In this document: positions 28,659 through 38,256 of the stretch, one piece after another
How positions within the stretch are numbered: position 1 is the first letter of the stretch
Layout: every line of letters starts with the position of its first letter
Source: Patescibacteria group bacterium
GTDB taxonomy: Bacteria; Patescibacteriota; Minisyncoccia; Phycocordibacterales; JACOZG01
DNA length: 64,000 nt
Direction of reading: 5' to 3'
Assembly (NCBI GenBank): GCA_038065495.1
Contig: JBBTQW010000002.1
Span: 261,373-325,372 of the forward strand
Position numbers and translations under genes: made by a program
The notes under the pieces: model-generated
Seen by the model: the letters and a program-made list of their open reading frames with translations, nothing else
Database searches by the model: none
What the model was told of the DNA's origin: nothing

Positions 28659-29411
28659 TTATTTGGCTTTTGCGCGAGCTTCTAAGATTGGCAAGAGCAG
28701 TTCCGGATTAGCTAGCACCAGATACTGATAATTCAAAACTAATTCTGGATTCAAGTTCCGCGCTTCTTCCACCGCTACACCCGGCAAATTACGGAAGCTC
28801 TTCCAAGTCTTCTCATCCGCGCTAGGCAAAGCGAGTAGTGTTCTATTACCTTTTTTATAACTAATTTTTTCCAGACCCTTCACCTTGGCCAGATTATTAA
28901 CCACCTTCTGCGCGTCTTGCGCCTTTGGTTTAGCAAATTTTAACGCTTCTAGCAAGATCACTTCGCCCTCGCGCTGCTTCTGGGAAATTACCGTAAAGAG
29001 CGCTTTCGTCTTCATCTTTTTATTAATTTTCTTGTCGTAATTTTTCTCCACTCTTGGTCCGTGAGTCACGCCGCCACCGCGCCAGATTGGCGAACGGCTA
29101 GAACCGTGACGCGCGCGGCCGGTACCCTTCTGCCGCCAAGGCTTCCGGCCGCCGCCACGCACTTCGCCCCGTGTCTGGGTGCTAGCCGTGCCCGCGCGCT
29201 GATTAGACTGCATCGAGACTAGAACTTGGTGGACTAGATCGCCATTCCATGGCAAGCCAAAAATCGCTTCTGGCAAATCAATTTGCCCAGACTCTTTGCC
29301 AGCCTGGCTGTAGATTTTACCTTCCAGCTTTAGCTTGGCTGTTTTAGTCTTAGCTTTAGCTGTTTTTTCAACTTTCACAGCTTCTTCAGTTTTGGTTTTT
29401 TTACTGGCCAT
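28659..29411 (-). CDS. rplD: 50S ribosomal protein L4 with Lys-rich N-terminal extension
   Basis: RGEVRGGGRKPWRQKGTGRARHGS; ATG 29411. Confidence 0.96.
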   Translation of the reverse strand: MASKKTKTEEAVKVEKTAKAKTKTAKLKLEGKIYSQAGKESGQIDLPEAIFGLPWNGDLVHQVLVSMQSNQRAGTASTQTRGEVRGGGRKPWRQKGTGRARHGSSRSPIWRGGGVTHGPRVEKNYDKKINKKMKTKALFTVISQKQREGEVILLEALKFAKPKAQDAQKVVNNLAKVKGLEKISYKKGNRTLLALPSADEKTWKSFRNLPGVAVEEARNLNPELVLNYQYLVLANPELLLPILEARAKAK

Positions 29412-29955
29412 AAATTTCGAGTAGCGTACCACGACGACCCGGCACTGCGCCGCTAACTAAGAGTTGATTATTCTCTGAATCAACTGCCACTATTTTCAAC
29501 TTCTGGACCGTCACGCGCTCACCGCCCATACGGCCAGCCATGCGGATACCTTTCGCTACCCTGCCACCAGCACGGCCACCGCCGCCGCCAATCGCGCCCG
29601 GCTCGCGCTCGCTATGCTTCTGACCGTGCGTCCGTGGTCCACCGTGGAAGCCGTGTCGCTTAACCACACCCTGGAAGCCTTTGCCTTTAGAGATGCCAGA
29701 AACCGACACAGTATCACCGGCCACAAACTCAAAATTCGGCTCTTCCGCACCGCGCACTTCCCGCTTCACCGTCTTCACCTTCTTGCCTTTGGTCTCAGTT
29801 AGCGTGACCTGGCTCGCTTCGTAACCATCACGAGAAACCGTCTTCTTCTGCGACACAGAGAGAGCGCCCGTGGCAATAAGCGTCGCTGGAACCACCCGAC
29901 CAGCGTCGTTAAAGATTTGCGTCATCTTCAGTTTTTGGCCAATAATAAATTTCAT
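29401..29955 (-). CDS. rplC: 50S ribosomal protein L3 (short form)
   Basis: G.K..MTQIF, SKGKGFQGVVKRHGF, MAGRMG, GAVPG. Confidence 0.96.
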   Translation of the reverse strand: MKFIIGQKLKMTQIFNDAGRVVPATLIATGALSVSQKKTVSRDGYEASQVTLTETKGKKVKTVKREVRGAEEPNFEFVAGDTVSVSGISKGKGFQGVVKRHGFHGGPRTHGQKHSEREPGAIGGGGGRAGGRVAKGIRMAGRMGGERVTVQKLKIVAVDSENNQLLVSGAVPGRRGTLLEIYGQ

Positions 29956-29992
29956 AACTGTACTGTAATAATTACAGAATCTTGCTTCCGCT

Positions 29993-30364
29993 CTACATCA
30001 TCTTCAGATCAATGTTCACACCCGAGGGCAGAGTCAAGTTGCTCATGCTCTCAATTATTTTTGCACTTGGATTGGAGATATCCAGCAAGCGCTTGTGAAT
30101 GCGCATCTCGAACTGCTCTCGCGCATTCTTGTGGACGAAAGCGCCACGATTCACCGTATACTTTTTGATCTCCGTTGGCAATGGGATCGGCCCCTCAATC
30201 TTGCCGTCATAACGCATCGCCGTGTCCATGATCTGCTTCACACTCGCATCCAAGATCTTACTCTCATAAGCCGAGATTCTGATCCGAATCCGCTGGATAT
30301 CCAGCGCCCCGCCGGCCTTGCTTGCTACTTTCTTCGTCTTCATTTTGCTAATCTCGGCGGGCAT
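29993..30364 (-). CDS. rpsJ: 30S ribosomal protein S10
   Basis: GPIPLPT, REQFEMRIHKRLLDI. Confidence 0.97.
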   Translation of the reverse strand: MPAEISKMKTKKVASKAGGALDIQRIRIRISAYESKILDASVKQIMDTAMRYDGKIEGPIPLPTEIKKYTVNRGAFVHKNAREQFEMRIHKRLLDISNPSAKIIESMSNLTLPSGVNIDLKMM

Positions 30365-30378
30365 GTTTTTTATTTTAT

Positions 30379-31581
30379 TTAGGCGATAATCTTAGTCGCC
30401 ACGCCTGCTCCAACAGTCTTGCCGCCCTCACGGATAGCAAAGCGTTGTTTCTCTTCCAAAGCGACTGGCGCTACGAGCTTAACTTTGAAGGTAATTGTAT
30501 CGCCCGGCATCACCATCTTGCTCGCATCGGCGAGAGTCACTTCACCAGTCACGTCCGTTGTCCGGATATAGAACTGGGGCTTGTAGCCGGAGAGGAATGG
30601 CGTGTGGCGACCACCTTCCTCTTTCTTTAAGATATAAACTTCTGCCTCAAACTCTGTGTGTGGCGTTACTGAGCCAGATTTGGCGAGCACCTGACCGCGA
30701 GTCACGTCTTCTTTCTTCGTCCCGCGGAGGAGAATACCAGCATTATCGCCAGCCATACCCTCGTCGAGTTGCTTATTGAACATTTCGATACCCGTAATCG
30801 TCGTCTTAGCCGTTGGATTGATACCCACGATCTCAATTTCCTCACCCACCTTCACTCTTCCACGCTCAATACGGCCTGTGACAACAGTGCCACGGCCTTC
30901 GATCGAGAAGATATCCTCCACTGGCATCAAGAATGGCTTATCAACCTCGCGCACTGGATCTGGGAGATAAGTGTCGAGCGCCTCAATGAGAGCGAGCACT
31001 TTCAGCGCCCACTCGTCATCAGCCGTCTTAGCTTCAAGCGCCTTCAAGCCCGAACCACGGATTACTGGCACACCAGCGCCATCGTAGCCGTTTTTCGTCA
31101 AAAGCTCGCGCACTTCCTCCTCCACCAAATCAATCAATTCTGGATCATCCACCATGTCGCACTTGTTCAAGAAAACAACAATCTTCGGCACACCCACCTG
31201 ACGAGCCAAGAGAATGTGTTCCCGAGTCTGGGGCATCACGCCATCCGTAGCAGCAACGACGATCACTGCGCCGTCCATCTGAGCGGCACCGGTAATCATG
31301 TTCTTGATGTAATCCGCGTGACCAGGAGCATCGATGTGCGCATAGTGGCGCTTTGAAGTCCAATATTCTGAGTGATGGAGAGCGATAGTAATACCACGCG
31401 CCTTCTCTTCTGGAGCATTGTCAATACCGTCAATGCCTTCCACCCGCGCGCCATAACCTTTGTCTTTGTTAAGATCAAGCACGTGTAAAATACTCGCCGT
31501 GAGGGTGGTCTTGCCGTGGTCAACGTGACCAATTGTGCCGACGTTTACGTGCGGCTTACTGCGATCAAATTTATCTGCCAT
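30379..31581 (-). CDS. tuf: Elongation factor Tu
   Basis: [38 protein letters not shown]. Confidence 0.99.
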   Translation of the reverse strand: MADKFDRSKPHVNVGTIGHVDHGKTTLTASILHVLDLNKDKGYGARVEGIDGIDNAPEEKARGITIALHHSEYWTSKRHYAHIDAPGHADYIKNMITGAAQMDGAVIVVAATDGVMPQTREHILLARQVGVPKIVVFLNKCDMVDDPELIDLVEEEVRELLTKNGYDGAGVPVIRGSGLKALEAKTADDEWALKVLALIEALDTYLPDPVREVDKPFLMPVEDIFSIEGRGTVVTGRIERGRVKVGEEIEIVGINPTAKTTITGIEMFNKQLDEGMAGDNAGILLRGTKKEDVTRGQVLAKSGSVTPHTEFEAEVYILKKEEGGRHTPFLSGYKPQFYIRTTDVTGEVTLADASKMVMPGDTITFKVKLVAPVALEEKQRFAIREGGKTVGAGVATKIIA

Positions 31582-31650
31582 AATTTTTTATTATTTATTA
31601 AACTTACTAATTTATAAGCGAAAGAAAACTAGCGCAAAATGCGTTGCTCT

Positions 31651-31679
31651 ATACTAGCAGAAGGCGAAATAACAGTCAA
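31651..31679 (-). promoter_or_regulatory. Sigma70 promoter for tuf
   Basis: TTGACT-17-TAGTAT on the minus strand with TGc extension. Confidence 0.65.
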
Positions 31680-31685
31680 ATATAG

Positions 31686-32273
31686 CTATTTCGTGAAGCG
31701 GAAGGTGGAGAGGATTTGTTTAAATACCGGTTCGGGGTTATAAGCATTTCGCTTAGAACTAAAAAACCATCGATACACTGTATTACCAAGATCAAGATAG
31801 GCTTCAATAATTTCCGCATCTTCGGCTTCTGGCTCGAATGTGTCAAATCCCTCGCTAGCGATCGAAATCATACCATTCTGACCTTTGGTAAGTTTGTAAT
31901 AGTTACCGCCAGTATAACTGGGCACACCATTAATCGTGAAAGACATTGTCACGTCACCAGAAACCGAAAGGTCTTCGATCCGCACCCCAAAGAAACTTGC
32001 CCCAGGATAAACCTCAACGATGTTTTCAGATAATTTCCAACTTGTCGGATACTTAAACTCAAACCCATATTTCTCGTTTTTGTAAGTTTTCCAATCTTTT
32101 GTTTCATCTACAACTGGCGCTGGCTTCGTGGTGAAAGAATTATCGGGAGTGTTTAAGATTGGCGCCGTGGCACTGGGCTGATAAGAATAATCTGGTTGCA
32201 CTTGATTGTAGAAAGTGTAACCAGCAAAACCAAGAACCACGAGCACAAGCAAGATGATGATTGTATTTTTCAT
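31686..32273 (-). CDS. Membrane-anchored PsbP/DcrB-like protein
   Basis: Start MKNTIIILLVL (TM), 'DWKTYKNEKYGFEFKYP' motif, ends 'FKQILSTFRF'. The longer ORF-track version includes an antisense shadow. Confidence 0.8.
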   Translation of the reverse strand: MKNTIIILLVLVVLGFAGYTFYNQVQPDYSYQPSATAPILNTPDNSFTTKPAPVVDETKDWKTYKNEKYGFEFKYPTSWKLSENIVEVYPGASFFGVRIEDLSVSGDVTMSFTINGVPSYTGGNYYKLTKGQNGMISIASEGFDTFEPEAEDAEIIEAYLDLGNTVYRWFFSSKRNAYNPEPVFKQILSTFRFTK

Positions 32274-32408
32274 GCCACTAATCTTAGCAACTAAATTTAG
32301 ATTTGACAAAATTAGGGCGATTTTGATAAAGTGAAAGTTGCTGTTTTCTAGGTCATTGTGAGCTAGAAATAAATTAGGAACACTACTTTTTTCTTGGAGG
32401 AAAAGCAG

Positions 32409-33041
32409 ATGAAACCGCGTATTGTGGCCGCTTTGGCTGTGGCTTGGGTTATGCTGCTCAGTGGTTGCGCTTCTTCGGAGAGAGACACCCTCTCTCTGTC
32501 GGGCTTCAAGTCCGTTACCGTCGTGGTGAAGGTGCAGGAGAACCTGCCTTACGCTTCCGACAAGCTGACCGAGCTGGCGCAAAGGGGTATAGACGATGTC
32601 ATTGCCAGCAACCTGACCTGGTCCAAGACGGCGAAACCGCGAGCCGAGCTGACGCTGGAAATCACCGACATCTACGAGCCGTCTGAAGCAGCGCAATTGA
32701 CGATCGGCATTCCTTACCAGATCAAGTACACGCTTACCGGCCGAGATGCCGAGACGAAAGCGCCATTGGGTGTGGTCTACGGCTTGAGTAAAGCGCGAGT
32801 GAGAGCCAGTATCTTGGTGGAAGGTTCGCAAGCCGCGTTCTTCGACAAGAACTTCGAGCGCGGCTGGAGCGACGGGACCCGCCAGAGTCCGATTGTGGGA
32901 CAACTGGTCGTCAATTTCGAGCGAGATATCAATCACGCGAGAAAAAGACAGCCCTCTCTTGCTCCCACTCCCCAGCCACAGTCGCCTCAAGACAAGCTGG
33001 TGGTGAACAAGGGACGACTCGTCGCACTCAACGGAAACTAA
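32409..33041 (+). CDS. Orphan lipoprotein (GC-richer coding) between fusA and tuf
   Basis: GGAGG SD, signal peptide with lipobox LSG|C, own TTGACA promoter at 32303 and downstream terminator. Confidence 0.8.
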   Translation: MKPRIVAALAVAWVMLLSGCASSERDTLSLSGFKSVTVVVKVQENLPYASDKLTELAQRGIDDVIASNLTWSKTAKPRAELTLEITDIYEPSEAAQLTIGIPYQIKYTLTGRDAETKAPLGVVYGLSKARVRASILVEGSQAAFFDKNFERGWSDGTRQSPIVGQLVVNFERDINHARKRQPSLAPTPQPQSPQDKLVVNKGRLVALNGN

Positions 33042-33077
33042 AGGGGGTGATCCTACTCTTTCTAGTTCGAAATTCAA

Positions 33078-33128
33078 AAACTCCGACACGACATGTGATC
33101 CATGTGCCGTGACGGAGTTTCTTTTTTT
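33078..33128. terminator. Terminator between the convergent lipoprotein gene and fusA
   Basis: Interrupted stem aaactccg...cggagttt followed by a T-run on the + strand. Confidence 0.65.
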
Positions 33129-33138
33129 ATTTAAAAAA

Positions 33139-35280
33139 TTATTTCCTAGCTTCCACAATCTTGGCCGCCACACTAGCTGGCACGATTTCGTATTTATCAA
33201 ATTCCATAGTAAAGTTGCCACGACCTTCCGTCATCGAGCGGAGCGTGGTCATGTAGCCGAACATCTCGGAGAGTGGCACAGTGGCGCGCACGGCTTTGAT
33301 CAAACCTCTGTCTTCCGTCCCCTCAATCTGCCCGCGACGGCCAGCGAGCGAACCAGTGATATCACCCATAAACTTTTCCGGCACGGTGATCTCCACTTTC
33401 ATCACTGGCTCAAGCAAGACGGGATTGCAACGCTTAGCACCTTCTTGGAAGGCCATGGAAGCAGCAATTTTAAACGCCATTTCGGACGAGTCCACTTCGT
33501 GATAAGAACCATCATAAAGCTCGCAAGAAACATCCACCATGGGGAAGCCCGCCACCACGCCGCGCTCCATTGCCTCGCGCAAGCCCTTCTCCACCGGCGT
33601 AATAAACTCTTGCGGCACCACACCACCCTTGATAGCGTTGATAAACTCAAAGTGCGCCTCGCGTGTTACATTTTTTGCAATCTTTTTATCTGGATTAACC
33701 GGCTCAAGTGGTTTAAATCTGATTCTGACGTGGCCATACTGACCGCGGCCGCCAGACTGCTTGATATATTTGCCTTCGGCCTCGGCGGCCACGGTGATGG
33801 TCTCGCGATAAGCCACTTGCGGCCGGCCCACATTGGCCTCCACGCCAAACTCGCGCTTCATCCGGTCCACGATAATCTCGAGATGCAACTCGCCCATGCC
33901 GGAGATGATCATTTCGCCAGTTTCTTCGTCACTCTTGATGCGGAAAGTGGGATCTTCGTCAGAAAGCTTTCTTAGGGCAATACCCATTTTCTCCTGATCA
34001 ACTTTGGTCTTTGGCTCAATTCTTAATGAAATAACTGGCTCGGGGATATCAATGCCTTCGAGCAAGACCGGCTTATCCGGATCAGTCAGCGTGTCGCCAG
34101 TTTTGGTATCTTTCAAGCCCACCGCGGCGGCGATATTACCAGCGAAAATTTCTTTGATTTCTTGGCGGTCATTGGCATGCAAGCGCACAATGCGGCTGAT
34201 GCGCTCTTGCTGGCCGGTGCGGGCATTGAGCACATAAGAACCAGCAGCGAGCTTGCCCGCGTAGACGCGGAAGAATGTGAGCGAGCCCACAAATGGATCC
34301 GTGGCGGTTTTGAAGGCGAGCGCAGCAAAAGGCGCTTCGTCCGCCGCTGGCACGAGGATATTCTCACCGGTTTTCTCATCAATCGCTCTGGCCGGCGGAA
34401 TGTCGAGTGGGCTTGGTAAATAATAAGCAATCGCGTCGAGCGCCAATTGCACGCCTTTATTCTTGAGCGCCGAACCGCAGAAGACTGGGAAAATTTTGTT
34501 CGTGATCGTGGCTTGGCGCAAGAGTTGGCGCAAACGCGCGAGATCAATCTCTTTGCCCTCCAGATAATCCGTCATCGCGGCGTCGTCCTGCTCCACAATC
34601 TTCTCGATTGTCGCGGCGCGCTCTTTCTTGGCCTGCTCCAGCAAGTGCGCTGGGATGTCTTTGGTCTTCGTTACAATCTCGCCCTTATCGCCGCTAAAAG
34701 TAATGTATTCTAGGGTGAGCAAGTCCACAATGCCCTTAAAGTCTGCCTCGAGACCGTCCGGAATCTGCAACTTTACCGCTTTGGGCGAGAGTCGGTTAAG
34801 AATAGAATTAAAAGAGTTCTCAAAAGAGGCGCCAGTCCGGTCAAGCTTATTGATAAAACAAATTCGTGGCACTTTGTAATCATCCGCGTAACGCCAGTTG
34901 GTCTCGCTCTGCGGCTCCACTCCGGCCACACCGTCAAAGACGACAATCGCGCCATCCAGCACGCGCAAACTCCGCTTCACCTCGATTGTAAAGTCGATGT
35001 GCCCGGGTGTATCGATAATATTTAACCGCACTTTCTCGCTCTCCTGATCTTTTAGCTCTGTTGGCAGCCAGTAGGCCGTAGTAGCCGCCGCGGTAATGGT
35101 GATGCCACGCTCGCGCTCTTGCTCCATCCAGTCCATTACCGTGTCGCCCTCATGCACCTCGCCAATTTTGTGCGAGATACCAGTGTAAAATAAAATACGT
35201 TCAGAAACAGTCGTTTTACCAGCGTCGATGTGCGCGATAACGCCAAGATTACGGATTTTATCAATTGGATAGTCGGCCAT
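33139..35280 (-). CDS. fusA: Elongation factor G
   Basis: AHIDAGKTT, RGITI, DTPGH, NKLD, GMGELHLE. Confidence 0.99.
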   Translation of the reverse strand: MADYPIDKIRNLGVIAHIDAGKTTVSERILFYTGISHKIGEVHEGDTVMDWMEQERERGITITAAATTAYWLPTELKDQESEKVRLNIIDTPGHIDFTIEVKRSLRVLDGAIVVFDGVAGVEPQSETNWRYADDYKVPRICFINKLDRTGASFENSFNSILNRLSPKAVKLQIPDGLEADFKGIVDLLTLEYITFSGDKGEIVTKTKDIPAHLLEQAKKERAATIEKIVEQDDAAMTDYLEGKEIDLARLRQLLRQATITNKIFPVFCGSALKNKGVQLALDAIAYYLPSPLDIPPARAIDEKTGENILVPAADEAPFAALAFKTATDPFVGSLTFFRVYAGKLAAGSYVLNARTGQQERISRIVRLHANDRQEIKEIFAGNIAAAVGLKDTKTGDTLTDPDKPVLLEGIDIPEPVISLRIEPKTKVDQEKMGIALRKLSDEDPTFRIKSDEETGEMIISGMGELHLEIIVDRMKREFGVEANVGRPQVAYRETITVAAEAEGKYIKQSGGRGQYGHVRIRFKPLEPVNPDKKIAKNVTREAHFEFINAIKGGVVPQEFITPVEKGLREAMERGVVAGFPMVDVSCELYDGSYHEVDSSEMAFKIAASMAFQEGAKRCNPVLLEPVMKVEITVPEKFMGDITGSLAGRRGQIEGTEDRGLIKAVRATVPLSEMFGYMTTLRSMTEGRGNFTMEFDKYEIVPASVAAKIVEARK

Positions 35281-35303
35281 TTTTCTCTAAAAAATAAAAA
35301 TAA

Positions 35304-35783
35304 TTAGCTCTGCGGCTTGCGTGCAAAGTGGGCGAAAGCGCGGTTAGCCTCGGCCATGCGGTGCACGTTCTCGCGGCGCTTGATTGTCTCGCCCTCGCCC
35401 TTGGCGGCAGCCATAATCTCATCGGCCAGCTTATTCTTCATTGGCTTACCTTGCCGGCCACGCGTAAACTCCAGCATCCAGCGATAAGCCAGCGTTAAGC
35501 GCCGCTCTTCGCTGACCTCGTGCGGGATCTGATAGTTGGCACCGCCCACGCGCCGGGTTTTGATTTCCATCAGCGGCGCGGCGTTATTAATCGCGGTTTC
35601 CAACACTTCCAACGGCTCTTTCTTCGTCACTTTCTTGACCTCATCCAGCGCACCATACACAATCGCCCGAGCAATACTCTTGTGACCTTTTTCCATCACA
35701 TAATTAATCAACTTAGCCACTTTTACCGAATCATAACGATGATCGGGAGCGAGAATTCTCTTTGATTTTAATTTACGACGCAT
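35304..35783 (-). CDS. rpsG: 30S ribosomal protein S7
   Basis: RRVGGANYQIP, HRMAEANRAFAHF. Confidence 0.98.
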   Translation of the reverse strand: MRRKLKSKRILAPDHRYDSVKVAKLINYVMEKGHKSIARAIVYGALDEVKKVTKKEPLEVLETAINNAAPLMEIKTRRVGGANYQIPHEVSEERRLTLAYRWMLEFTRGRQGKPMKNKLADEIMAAAKGEGETIKRRENVHRMAEANRAFAHFARKPQS

Positions 35784-35809
35784 TTATTTTATTTTTGAAA
35801 AAATTTAGA

Positions 35810-36220
35810 TTACTTTGGCTTCTTAACACCATATAAACTGCGCCCCTTCATGCGCTTATCCACGCCAGAGGCATCTAGCACGCCACGCACAATGTGATAA
35901 CGCACGCCGGGCAAGTCTTTCACCCGTCCACCTCGGATCACGACAACAGAGTGCTCTTGCAAATTGTGGCCAATGCCTGGGATATAAGCTGTTACCTCCA
36001 TGCCGTTCGTCAATCTCACGCGCGCGATCTTCCGGATAGCCGAGTTTGGCTTCTTAGGCGTAGTCGTCTTGACCTGCGTGCAAACTCCACGCTTAAAGGG
36101 CGCCGGATAGAAGATCGGCTTATTCTTGAGGTTATTAAAGCCTCGGGCCATCGCCACGCTCTTGGTCTTGCGCCGGATAATCTGGCGCTTGCGCTTTACT
36201 AATTGATTGATGGTAGACAT
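35810..36220 (-). CDS. rpsL: 30S ribosomal protein S12
   Basis: [29 protein letters not shown]; ATG 36220. Confidence 0.98.
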   Translation of the reverse strand: MSTINQLVKRKRQIIRRKTKSVAMARGFNNLKNKPIFYPAPFKRGVCTQVKTTTPKKPNSAIRKIARVRLTNGMEVTAYIPGIGHNLQEHSVVVIRGGRVKDLPGVRYHIVRGVLDASGVDKRMKGRSLYGVKKPK

Positions 36221-36227
36221 TTGCGAG

Positions 36228-36283
36228 AAAAACACCCGCCGAAGCGAGTGTTTCTATCTTAGCAGATTGCAACTGGGTGTCAA
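36228..36283 (-). promoter_or_regulatory. rpsL promoter (TTGACA-16-TAAGAT) and leader cUUCGg hairpin
   Basis: Minus-strand hairpin aaacactcgc-TTCG-gcgggtgttt; it may also terminate the upstream gene. Confidence 0.6.
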
Positions 36284-36287
36284 ACGG

Positions 36288-37715
36288 CTAATTAGTCGTG
36301 ATGGCAAAAACAGTGAAATTGACGGTATTGCTCGTGCCGTTCGCGTTGGTAACTGAAACCGGATAAACGCCGGGTGGCGTGAGATATTGTGCTACCAGAC
36401 AAGGCGGATTACCAGCCGAACAAGCGTAATACCGACTTGTTGGAACAGTGAAGGTGAGCGTGGTGCCGTTATTAGTTGAATTGAGACTGTAGCTTGGATT
36501 AAGCTCGGTGTTCAAATCACCAAACTTGATCTTGTTACCACTTGAAGTGAAACCGGAACCAGTGATGGTTACTTGCGCGCCGACTGCGGCGCTGGCTGGC
36601 GAGAGAGCGGAGATAGCTGGCGACTGAGTGACGCCCGAAGTGATGGTGAAGGGATTATTGCTAGAATCGCAATTAGTAGTTGCGCCAGCGGGACAAATTC
36701 TCATCAAATACTGACCAGCAGGGATTGGTTTATCGGCAATATCAGTCGCGACAATCCAGTGATAAATACCACCGAGACCACCAGCAATATTTTTATCTAG
36801 TACATAAGGGGGAAGGAAAACGGGCAGAGGACAAAGTCCAGCATTGGGTCCGACGAGGATACAACTCGGCACATAGTGGTCTAAATATAAATCAACTTTA
36901 CCCCAATCAGCCGACGGAAGACAGGTGGAGCAAAGAGCGATATTATTTGCCCACTTGATATCCTGAACCGAATTAGCCACCCAAGTTTCTCCCCCATTTG
37001 GCGAAGTGACAGTGATACCAGATTGATTAGAATCGGCTGGCGAAACTCTAATCGAGTAAGCTTGGCTGACTGTTTGTGTACCATTGGTAACCTGAACGGT
37101 AAAGTTGTAGGAGCCCGCGAGCGAAGCGAAACCAAAAATCGCCGTTCTGGTTAAGTTTGGTGCGTCACACGGTGGCATAACGATACCGGGACAAGTGACG
37201 ATGTGCGGATCACCAAGCTCCAATCCCCTTGGCAGAGCACCCCCAGAGATAGACCACTTCAGATCATCCGTGCTCTTAAACCCAACAGCCATTAACTGCT
37301 GTCGGTAGAAATCATCAACATTGGCAACATTAGGTACTAGTACCCTAACCTCTGCGTCAGGTAAAATTGTTGGAGTGATGAAGAATCTTTGCTGACACCC
37401 ATACAAACTATCCAACTTCGCCCGAGTAATTGGCCCAACATAACCGGTGCCGGGATGGATCACGTTATTCTCTTCCTGCCAAGCGATCACCGCCACCTTG
37501 GTTAGCGCGCCAAAGTAACCTGTTGGTGTGGTGATGTGGAGGTAGCCGCCCTGAATCAGAAATTGCTGCAGCGCGCTAACTTCTGCTCCTAGGCTACCAA
37601 TGGTTAGATTTCTGGTTAAGACAGGCGCACAGCTCGGCGGAAGTGGCGTTAGAGCAAAAACAGTCTGAGAAAACAAAACACCAAAAACTAAAGCCAGGAT
37701 AAAGAATTTTTTCAT
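36288..37715 (-). CDS. Secreted protein with peptidoglycan-binding, Ig-like and IPT/TIG domains
   Basis: 'L.IGS.GAEVSALQQFL...GYFGALTK.AV..WQ...GYVGPITRAKL', 'SPNGGETW', 'ITGSGF'. Confidence 0.85.
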   Translation of the reverse strand: MKKFFILALVFGVLFSQTVFALTPLPPSCAPVLTRNLTIGSLGAEVSALQQFLIQGGYLHITTPTGYFGALTKVAVIAWQEENNVIHPGTGYVGPITRAKLDSLYGCQQRFFITPTILPDAEVRVLVPNVANVDDFYRQQLMAVGFKSTDDLKWSISGGALPRGLELGDPHIVTCPGIVMPPCDAPNLTRTAIFGFASLAGSYNFTVQVTNGTQTVSQAYSIRVSPADSNQSGITVTSPNGGETWVANSVQDIKWANNIALCSTCLPSADWGKVDLYLDHYVPSCILVGPNAGLCPLPVFLPPYVLDKNIAGGLGGIYHWIVATDIADKPIPAGQYLMRICPAGATTNCDSSNNPFTITSGVTQSPAISALSPASAAVGAQVTITGSGFTSSGNKIKFGDLNTELNPSYSLNSTNNGTTLTFTVPTSRYYACSAGNPPCLVAQYLTPPGVYPVSVTNANGTSNTVNFTVFAITTN

Positions 37716-37745
37716 ACTAATTTAGAGTTTAGTTAGTTAATTTCT

Positions 37746-38207
37746 CTACTTCACTTCTATCAAGAAAGTGGCTGCCCCAGTTTGCTTAGTCAGATTAGTC
37801 GCCGAAGCTTTTATCAAGTATTTGCCGGCAGTTTTATAAGTGTGATTAAAAGTCACCAATTGCTCGTGCTGGCCGGATAAATGTGACGGCGTAAGAGTGA
37901 AGTTGGCCAAGCCATCGCCCCAGTCCAGGCGATAAGTCATCGGCGCGTCTTGTTGCTCGGTGGCTACCAGCGTCCACTGGCCATTCTCACCCACTGCAAT
38001 TGTCTCCGGACCAGTAATAGAACTAACAATGGGGCCAAGAATTAGCGCACTAGCCGTAACAGCCGGCTTCTGACTCTGCCGGGCGACGATGAGCTGGAGA
38101 ATCGCTAAGATCTGCTCGCGTGGCGTGCTGGCGGCACTGGTAAGAACTGGCACGATTACTGACGCCATCACTAGCGTCAGTAAGAATATTTTTAATTTTT
38201 TAGTCAT
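37746..38207 (-). CDS. Small secreted PKD-like domain protein
   Basis: Signal peptide; 'TYRLDWGDG...HTYKTAGKY'. Confidence 0.8.
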   Translation of the reverse strand: MTKKLKIFLLTLVMASVIVPVLTSAASTPREQILAILQLIVARQSQKPAVTASALILGPIVSSITGPETIAVGENGQWTLVATEQQDAPMTYRLDWGDGLANFTLTPSHLSGQHEQLVTFNHTYKTAGKYLIKASATNLTKQTGAATFLIEVK

Positions 38208-38256
38208 ATCTGCCTATTATAACAGAACAACCGAAATATTTTCTAGTTTAACTTTA

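Noticed and set aside
31686-33221. 511-aa minus-strand ORF overlapping fusA and the lipoprotein gene (apparent dual coding)
   Set aside because: The first ~316 codons are mostly the antisense shadow of the + strand lipoprotein and intergenic DNA. The credible gene starts at ATG 32273 with its own -10 and TM segment.
27527-36220. Numerous 60-290 aa ORFs antisense to or frame-shifted within ribosomal, tuf and fusA genes (and similarly elsewhere)
   Set aside because: They are shadow ORFs of conserved genes, with no motifs or expression signals.
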